The notes under the pieces were generated by a model. That model saw only the letters and a list, made by a program, of their open reading frames with translations. It had not been told where the DNA came from and searched no databases. A stretch of DNA of 64,000 nucleotides from NCBI GenBank assembly GCA_028534125.1, contig CM052818.1, forward strand, positions 37,760,001 through 37,824,000, read 5' to 3'. Within the stretch, counting starts at the first letter, position 1; each line of letters begins with the position of its first letter. A program made the position numbers and the translations under genes. The DNA is from Lama glama. Taxonomy: Eukaryota. This document shows, one piece after another, positions 55,263 to 64,000 of the stretch.

Positions 55263-56332
55263 TATGTATCATACAATGGTGGAATGGAGAATATAACCTC
55301 AGTAAACACTCCTATTATAAAGGGGAGTCATGGGAGGCTTATAGCCATCACTAGTCCTTAGAAACTCCAAAATCCCAGTGGGCATATTTGCCAGCTACCA
55401 TTATGTTGAGGGTAGGAAAGTTTCTTTGATTAGGCCCCCGTTCTGCTTCTTGAAAAGGATTTTCCAGTTTTATTTTTTTTCTATACCTCCTGACTCTGAT
55501 GCTTTGTTCTGGAACATTCTTCCTTTGCGATCATCTTACTGGGCCACTGATGGAGAGTCCACAGAGAATATTCCCCTATTTATGACTGAGGGATCTCATG
55601 TCATGAGATATTTTCATGGCATGAATGGTCTAGGACCTTTTAGAACAGGTTTGTGCTGCATTTGCAAATACAGCTTTCTCAAAAAGTTTGTTTTTCTATG
55701 AATTGATAATAATCATGTGCTGAAGCTGCACCTACAGTTCTCTTTGAGATTTGATTTTTTGTATTTAATTGTGGCTTATTTGAGTTTGTTTAATAGACTA
55801 CATATGCCATATTCTTTTCTTGGTGATCATAGAAGGCAAAGAAAAGAGACACATTTGTACAAGACCATTTCAAGACTCTGTTTACATTATGTACATTGAC
55901 ATCATAGCCAGTTACATGTCTATGCACAATATCAGAGGAGAATATAAATATATTATTTCCACATCGATCAAAGGAAGGTAGAGAATATTTGCTGAACAAT
56001 AATTTAATATACCGCACATAGTGTAAGAGTGGTCAGAAAGGTAAGAGGTCCAGGGCTGAAAGGAAGAGCAGATATCTAGTCACTCGAGAGGTTCATTGAA
56101 TTAAAGGGTGAACAGATCCCACATTCAGTGATGTCACAGTAAGTGACAGAGATTAATTGCACTATGAAGTTCAGGAATTAGTCATTCGTACTGGCAGTGC
56201 AGTAGGTATAATGAAATGAATGGAGTAATACCAAATTTGGATCAAATAGACTATGTGACCTTAGGAACTAGTTATGAACCAATTTGTACCTAGTTCCTGT
56301 TCAGTTAAAAAGAATAATCACTATCTAGTTTT

Positions 56333-56370
<38 letters not shown>

Positions 56371-56402
56371 TACATATACATACACACACATGCACACATA
56401 CA
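56333..56402. repeat. Compound (TA)n(CA)n microsatellite
   Basis: Read directly. Confidence 0.95.
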
Positions 56403-57848
56403 GAATCTATCTAGCTATGGCAAGAACACTACATTTGTAATCATTATTTAAATATTATATCCCTCTGATTCCAACTTTCAGCACAAACCACACCTGCATT
56501 TGTTTTTTTTTTCTTTTAGCATTAAAGAGGATTAGATTTCAAAGAGAATTTTTCTTAACCCCAGTAGATGTAGTGAAGTGTATGGTTGCAGTGATAAGAG
56601 AAAGGAAATAATGTCATAAATTAAATAATTAGAAATAATTATTTAATGTGATGGTAGATAATATTGAGCACATCTTGGGCTGCGATTGGGGAAATACCTC
56701 AAGCACCTCTGTGCATGTTCAGTCTACATCTACACTGAATATTTATATCAACTCTAATTATCACACTGGAGATTTATGAAGCAGATTTCAGATTATATTC
56801 TTTCTCTAAAGGGGAAAAAAAGATAAATTTGTTAAACTTTGTGATGAAGATTAAACTATAGACTGATTTTCATGTAAAAAGTATAAAATCCTAGTAAATC
56901 AATCTGCATAATGCACTTTAAAAACAATCCACTAAGCTTCTGAGTTAAGAGGGCAATTTGGGCATAAGCTAAATCTCCACTTCTTGTTTTAAATTCATAG
57001 TAATGCTATATAAAATGAAGGAACATACAATATACTTTACAATGAGCATCTGCATTTAATAAAAGAAAGAAAATGGAAAGTAAGCACTTACTGGTGAGTG
57101 GGGCGATGAGGCTTCATTGCCCTAGGGGTTCTGATGTCACCATTAGGGGCTGGAGATTAAATTCCAAAGGAAAATCCGCCTCAGACCCATGTACAGTGGG
57201 AAGCCTGAACTCTGGATCCAGGTTTACTTCTTGTAATGAAGCTGCCAGTGAGCCTCAGGGCCCCGAGCCATAGGGAATACCAGTTACATGCCCAGGAAAA
57301 CATTCCTTGGCGCTGGAACTGTGAATGATTTTAACAAGACACCATAGAACCTCTGTTACAATCTGTTTCAGGGTAAATGTTCCTCAGAAACCTTTCATAG
57401 CAACAATCAGAAAACTACTCATAGGGTAGTCTTTTATAAGTAAGAGATATTTACAACAAATTCTAATGAATTAAGATTAGGAAGCATATATCTGTGACCA
57501 GAATGGAAAAATAAAAAGGCAATCATGAACAACAAAGTGAAAGCAAACTAACCAATCAACCAAATAAACAAATAAAGTATGTATGACTACAACAAAGCAG
57601 CATTCTAAGTAATCCACGGGTTAAAACAAAGACCGAAGTAAAAATTGTAAGATGTTTGTATTGTTTTTTAAACAATGTTTAACTTATTTAGATTTAATAG
57701 AGTGGTAATTAGAAGCAAACTTGTAGCCTTAAATGCATTTTGTGTATGGTGTGAATATTTGACAATGAATTAGCTAATTATACTTAAAAAACTAGAAGAA
57801 TTCAATACAGTAAATTTTAAGAAAGGAAATGAAACAAGTTAAGAAATA

Positions 57849-59425
57849 CTGAAACAGGGAGGAATTGATGTATAGATCAATTAGATAGAATTGAAGGGTC
57901 CAGAAATAAATCCATGCACATATCATCAATGGATTTTTTAACAAGGGTGTCATGATAATTAAATGGGGGAAAGAACTTTCCAACAAACAGTGCTAAGACA
58001 ACAGGATATCCATATGCAAGAAACTGGGTTTGAACTCCTATTCTATACCATATACAAAGATTAACTTGGAAAGAGTCAAAGCAGGGAGGGTACAGCTCAG
58101 TAGTAGAGCACATGCTTGGCATGCATGAGGTCCTGGGTTCAATCCCTACTACCTCCAATATATAACTAACAAAATAATAACTAAAATAACTAATAACTAA
58201 AATAACAAAATAATAACTCAAAAATAACTAAACAAAAAAAATAATTATATCCCCCCAAAATAAAAGATACAAATGGAATGATGAAAAGAATTGAGAATCT
58301 ACATGTAAATATAAAACAATATAACACTTAGAAGTAAACAGGTACAATTTTTGTAATCTTGAGTAGGCAAAGTTTCTTTGGATATAACACTAAAACCACA
58401 AGTATAATTTTAAAAATAGGTAAATTGAACTGTATCAAAAATTTAAAATTTTGTTCTTTAAAGGGCACAATCAAGAAAAAGACAACCAACAAAATGTGAA
58501 AAGTTTATTTATAAACCATATATCTGTTAAGAGATTATATCTAGAATATACAAAACTTCTTTCAGCTCAACAATTTTTTAAAAATGTCTCAATTAAAAAA
58601 TAAACAAAGAATTTGAGTAGATATTTCTCCAGATAACATATACAAATGGTTAATAAGCACATGAAAAGATTCTCAACATTATTAATCAATAGGGAAATGC
58701 AAATCAAAACCACAATAAAATAACATTTCACACTCAGAAGGATGATTACGATCAAAGAGACAGGCCAATAACAAGTGTTGGCAAAGATATTGAGAAACTG
58801 GATTCTTTAAACATTGCTAATGGGAATGTAAAATGGTGTATTCCCTTTGGTAAATGGTTGGGCAATTCCTCAAAATGTTAAATATAGAGTTGCCATATGA
58901 CCCAGCAAATTCATTCTTAAGAGTGTAGCCAAGAGAAAACGTTAAGTCCACACAAAAACTTGTACATGAATATTCACAGTAGCATTATAGCCAAAGTGTG
59001 GAAACAGTGCAAATATATATCCACTGAAGATAGAAAGATAAGATGTGACATATCCATACAATGGAATGTTGCCTCCCATAAAAAGCACTGATACACACTA
59101 AGACTTGGATGAGCCTTGAAATACTCTAAATGAAAGAAGCAAATCACAAAAGACCACATATTGTATGATTTTATTTATACAAATATCCAGAATAGACCAA
59201 TTTATTAAGACCTAAAATAGATTAGTGGTTGCTTAGGTTTAGGAGGGAGAGGGAAAGGATGGCAAATGTCTAATGGTGGATATGAGTTTTTTTGAAATGA
59301 AGAAAATATTCTAAATTTAGATCATGGTGATGGTTGCACAACTCTGTCAAATTATCAAAAACCACTGAATTGTAGGCCACAACAGGGTGAATTTTATATA
59401 TTAATTTCTCAATAAGGAAGTTTTT
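57849..59425 (+). mobile_element. L1MB-like 3' portion with TSD
   Basis: ORF2 C-terminus and 3'UTR to ctcaataaggaag; TSD aagttaagaaata (57836-57848) vs aagttaatgaaata (59426-59439). Confidence 0.85.
58084..58268 (+). mobile_element. vic-1-type camelid tRNA-derived SINE with expanded AATAACT-rich tail
   Basis: gggagggtacagctcagtagtagagcacatgcttggcatgcatgaggtcctgggttcaatccctactacctcc: A box, B box, A-rich tail and terminal cccccc-A tract. Confidence 0.85.
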
Positions 59426-59627
59426 AAGTTAATGAAATAATATGTGAGCAAATACAATAGGGTTAATTTAGAAAACCAAATTCATTATTTGAAAAGATTA
59501 ATTAAATGATGCATTTCTTCTAGCATACAGAAGTAATAAATTCTCCTTTCTTAAGTATCATAAAACTAACTTGTTTACATATAGTTTATATTTAAAAAGA
59601 GAGAAAAAATATAACCAGGATGTTATT

Positions 59628-59897
59628 TTAAGGCTTTACTGAACTGTAATTTTACAGCATAAAATTGACCCACTCACTTGAACAGTATAATTCAATGATT
59701 TTTATGAAATTTATAGTTTTAACAATATCAACACAATCCAGTTTTAGAAAATTTCCATCACTACCTCAAATCCCCATGAATCCTTTCTCAGACAAACCAC
59801 ACTCCCCTCCTCAGTCCCAGGATACCAGTGATCTGCCTTATGTGTATGTTAATGCACCTTTCCTGGATATTTCGTATAAATGGAATAACCCATTATA

Positions 59898-59946
<49 letters not shown>

Positions 59947-61430
59947 TGTAAGTAACAGAGAAAGAATCTATTTTACTTAGCATAATGTTTTTGAGGTACA
60001 CTTATACTGGAGTATCAGTATTTCAGATATTCCTTTTTATTGATGAATATTATGCCATGGTATTGGATGTGCCACATTTTCCTTATCTACTTTCCAGTTG
60101 ATGGATATTTGGATTGTTTTAAATTTTGGCTACAATAATAAGGCAGCTATGAGTCTTCCAAGTTTTTATGTAGATATACATTTTCATTTCGATGTTAGAT
60201 TCTTAGGAGTGAAATTGCTTGGTTTTATGAGTACCTATGTGTAACTCTGTAGGACACTGAAAAACTGTTGAACACAGTAGTGGTTATAGTTTCTCTACAT
60301 TCTCACTAACTCTTAGTATTATACATCTTTTTATTATAGCCAGTGGGTGGACTTCATTGTGATTTTAAATTACATTTTCACAATGACTAATGCTTGTAAG
60401 TGTCCTTTCCCACAATTATTAGCTATTTACATGTCTTATTTTGTGAATACCTATTCAAATGTCTTATCCAATTTTAATTGGATGTTTTGTCTTCTTATTA
60501 TTGAGTTATAAGTATTCTTTATGTATTCTGGATATCAGTGTTTTATCAGATAGAAGATGTGTAACTATTTTCTCCCTGTGTAATATTTTTTAATGGCCTA
60601 ATTTTAAGCACAATTTTGTTTATCTTTTAATGCAGTTCAATTTGTCATTTTTATTTTATGACTCATGCTTTTGGTATCTAAAATCTCTTTGCCTAACTCA
60701 TGATCAAGAAAATGATCTCTTATGTTTTCTTTTTAAAACTTTATTTTTTTAGTTCTTGCATTTAGAAATATTATTTGCTTTGAGTGAATAGTTGTGTATG
60801 GTGTGAGGTAAGGGGTTTAAGTTTTTGTTTGTTTGTATGTTTGTTTAGTTTGTTTTTTATGATAGCCGATTGTCTCAGCACTGTTCATTGAAAAGATTAT
60901 TCTTTCTTATTGAATTGTCTTGGCCTCTTTGCTAAAAATTGATTAACCATAAATTTAAGAGTTTATTTGTAGACTGTTAGTTTGGCTCCATTAACCTGTA
61001 TGTCTGTCCTTTGCCAGTACCACACTACTTAATTACTGTGGCTTTACATTACAAGTAAAATGTCTTTCAACAATGTTCTTCTTTTTAAAGAATTTTTGGC
61101 TACTCTGGGTCTTTTGTATTTTTATATAATTTTTAAGATCAGCTTTTCAATTACCACAGAATCTTACTAAGATATATATTAGGACCTCACAAAATCTCTA
61201 CATCAATTTGGACAAAATTGCTATTTAATATTAAATTCTACAATTCATGAACATAAGAAGTCTCTCCATTTATTTAGATTTATGATAATTTCTCTCAGCA
61301 ACTATTTTTAGTTTTTAGTATACAAAGCTTGTACTTCCTTTATTAAATTTACTTCTAAGTACTTTATTTTTATGACATTGTTAATGGAATTGTTTTCTTG
61401 GTTTAGTTTTCAGATTGTAACTAGTGTAGC
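59628..61430 (-). mobile_element. L1MB-like 3' portion
   Basis: 3'UTR followed by the ORF2 C-terminus (tgccagtaccacactacttaattactgtggc). Confidence 0.88.
59900..59945. repeat. Perfect (TG)n microsatellite, about 22 units
   Basis: Read directly. Confidence 0.97.
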
Positions 61431-61769
61431 AAGTATTTTGAAACATAAGTAAAACTAAGATTCCTAGTACAACAAATTTAATATAATTGTTCAAAGATAA
61501 ATATATAATTAATTTTTATTTTATGAATTTATTTTGCTATTATGAGGTCTATATGCACATAGGCCTTCATCAGATAGAATTAGACCTATTGATTTGGAGG
61601 TACACTACAAATGAGTGTATTTATTCTGCTTTCTTTACTTTCATGTAAATTTGTTTGAATCCTGAATGTTTTTCTGTCTTGTGTCTATTCAAAATTATGA
61701 GAGTGTTTTGTAAAGAAAATTTGTATAGATAGTTTTGATTAAGTTTAAGCTATATAGCTTTCTTATTTT

Positions 61770-63240
61770 ACATGGCTGTCACTACCATTAACTCTACCAT
61801 TAACCCTACTAAGATAGAACATCATATCCCTTTGATTACTAAATCCACTCAAGTAGGGAGAATTCTAACTGTCCTAAGCATTTCATGTCTTAACATGGAA
61901 CTTACACTTTAGGACTATTACAGAAGTACAGTTCCTCCTTTTTTTTTTTTATAAAAAACCTGCAAATTTAATAGCTAGAGAAGTTTTTGCAAATGGAACT
62001 ACCAGATAAAATGTACTGCAGAAGAACTATTTTTAGAAGTCCCAGAAAATTCTCCAGCATACAATCAAATTATAGCTGATCTGGAAGTCAGTAGACTTAC
62101 ACTCTGTATAATTCAAAAAATAACTGAAGAATTATCTATGGTCTCAGAATCCCCACAAGCAAAAAATTCCAAGGCTTAGGCAGAATAATTGGAGCAGAGC
62201 CCATAAGAGTCCAATTTAATACTTGCAAATTGTTATCTAAACTTGCCCAATATCATAAAAGTAAAGCCAAGGAAAGTCTCCAGGTAGTAGTAACCAGAAA
62301 AAAAGCTGAGAAAGATGCTAGAAAAAAATACCTATGTAATTTTGTACCAGTTACTTGTAATATGCTAAGCTAATAAAAAACCTAATTTTCAAGCCTATAG
62401 ATTTGTCATAGATATGCAAAGCAATGAATAAATAGTTATACCTTGCTTCTCAATAATGCCTAAACTAAACAATATACTTTGGATCAATCTGTAGCCAAAT
62501 TCTTTACTCTAGTAACTAATATGTAGTAGATTTATGCTCAGCTTTCTTAAAGACCCCTATGACTAAGCATATCAAACAACTTACTTGTTTTCACTTGGAG
62601 AAAATCAGTTTACATAGAAATAATGCTTCAATGATTTATAACATTCTATCTTATTTTCTTCCAAATCTCATACCAAACACTTAAATGCTCTTCTCCAAAA
62701 TACTGATGACCACTTCTTATAGTCCATTGATCTGGACAATTTAGCACTAACTCTATCCATCTACTGACTGATAATGAGCATAGAGCTTCTCAGAAAGTTA
62801 AAAACATAAAACCCTCCAATGTCTTCAAACAACAGTTTATTATCTCAGTCTTTACCTATCATTGAATGGAGGATATTATCTAAAGATATATCCCATATTA
62901 TTCAAAATTACTCAAGATGAGCCAACCATGTACTGTAAAAGTGAGAACCAAACATGTCTAAACCAGGAAAGGCATCTTTTTTTTTTTAACTAAATAAGCA
63001 TCTGAGAATCAATCCAATGCAACCCAGAAAGTAAAAGACCACCACTGATCCCAAAATACGTCTTCAACATCCACCTGTATTGACTGTCTATGATTATAAG
63101 CCTTATTTTTTGTAAGTGAATGAATAGTGAGGTGTTACTCTGGGCATATTTACTTAACAACACGGCACATTAAGGACCCATTTCCCATTAATGACCTATC
63201 TCTACATCTAGCTGCCAAGGTTTGTCCTTACTATACGTGT
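61770..63240 (+). mobile_element. Decayed class I endogenous retrovirus pro-pol relic (protease, RT, connection domain); no LTRs seen
   Basis: Ordered motifs across frameshifts: STINPT (~61793), protease-end ANLIARE / CKWN..IKCTAEELFLEVP, GRIIGAEPIRVQF..KLAQY (62179-62253), KKPNFQAYRFVIDMQ (62375-62419), VVDLCSAFL (62523-62549), FTW (~62590), LQNTDDHFL = decayed QYVDDLLL (62693-62719), LQHPPVL (~63062), LGIFT*QHG (~63140). Confidence 0.85.
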
Positions 63241-63383
63241 CTTGAAAATAGGGCTCTATTTTGGCTATGCTATATATCCTTGTAAAATTAATAGCCTTCA
63301 ATGATAAAGGAAAAGTCTTTAGTGCCTCAAAGCAAAAGAGTGACATAAATTATATAATTTAAAAAAAATTAGATGGCACACTC

Positions 63384-64000
63384 TTTTCAAATGTTGAACC
63401 AGTCCTGAATACCTAGAATAAATTCCACATGCTCATGGTGTGTAGTTCTCTTTATACATTTTTAATAAGACTTGTTAATATTTTGTTGAGAGTATTTGCT
63501 TGTATGCTCATGAGAGATACTGGTCTATAGTTTTCCTTTCTTGTAGTGTGTTTTTTTATCTACTTTTACTATTAGAGTATTGCTGGCCATAGGATAAATT
63601 TTAATGTTCTCTCTGTGACTATATTCCTGAAAAGATTGTGGAATATTGATATCATTTCTTCTTTAAATGCTTATAGAATTCACCAGTGAAACTATCTGAG
63701 CCTGGTGCTATAATGGAGAAGATGGTTATTTATATTTGATTCAATTTATTTAATAGGCGTATGCTTATTCGGATTACCTATATTTGCTTAATTTTGATAC
63801 TTGACATCTTTCAAAGAAATGGCTTATTTCATCTAGGTTATTGAATTTGTAGACATAGACTTATTCAAAGTAATCCTTTCTAATCATTTTAAAGTCCATG
63901 GTATGAGTATTGATGTCCCCTCTTTTATTTCTGATATTGGTAATTTATGTCTTCTCTCTTTTTTTTCTTGTTTAGCCTGGCTAGAGTTTTATCATTATAT
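63384..64000 (-). mobile_element. L1 ORF2 fragment, same orientation as and roughly collinear with the 59628-61430 L1
   Basis: aatgttgaaccagtcc; agaattcaccagtgaaactatctgagcctggtg. Confidence 0.88.

Larger units (their letters stand above)
57400..59530 (+). mobile_element. Older L1 ORF2 5' fragment (57400-57848 and 59426-59530) hosting a younger L1
   Basis: cattctaagtaatccacgggttaaa, tgtagccttaaatgc; resumes with gaaaaccaaattcattatttgaaaagattaat. Confidence 0.65.

Noticed and set aside
54629..55361. Long ORFs of 179-226 aa
   Set aside because: Artefacts of translation through the 500-N gap.
58084..58156. tRNA-Ala-like gene
   Set aside because: It is a SINE head with a degenerate cloverleaf and an A-rich tail, inserted in an L1.

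Overview
This is AT-rich, repeat-dense mammalian DNA, intronic or intergenic. It is most likely camelid (camel/llama/alpaca), judged from a vic-1-type tRNA-derived SINE and camelid-type young L1 3' ends. I found no intact protein-coding gene, RNA gene, CpG island or CRISPR-like array, and it has two fixed 500-N assembly gaps. All family assignments come from recalled consensus sequences, not database searches. Highlights: (1) an old intronless MDM2 processed pseudogene on the minus strand (~4670-6253) that keeps the acidic, zinc-finger and RING regions plus 3'UTR, lacks the p53-binding N-terminus, and is split inside the RING by an L1 fragment; (2) a decayed class I ERV protease-RT relic (~61770-63240) with a DLCSAF motif, not visible in the ORF track; (3) a 2.7-kb L1 with both termini and TSDs but three internal deletions, nested in MER8, itself nested in L2; (4) a two-LTR MLT1 (MaLR) element with nested MER21-like and MIR insertions. 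I see no evidence of a new functional multi-gene system. The best leads are genomic fossils and one candidate non-coding exon.
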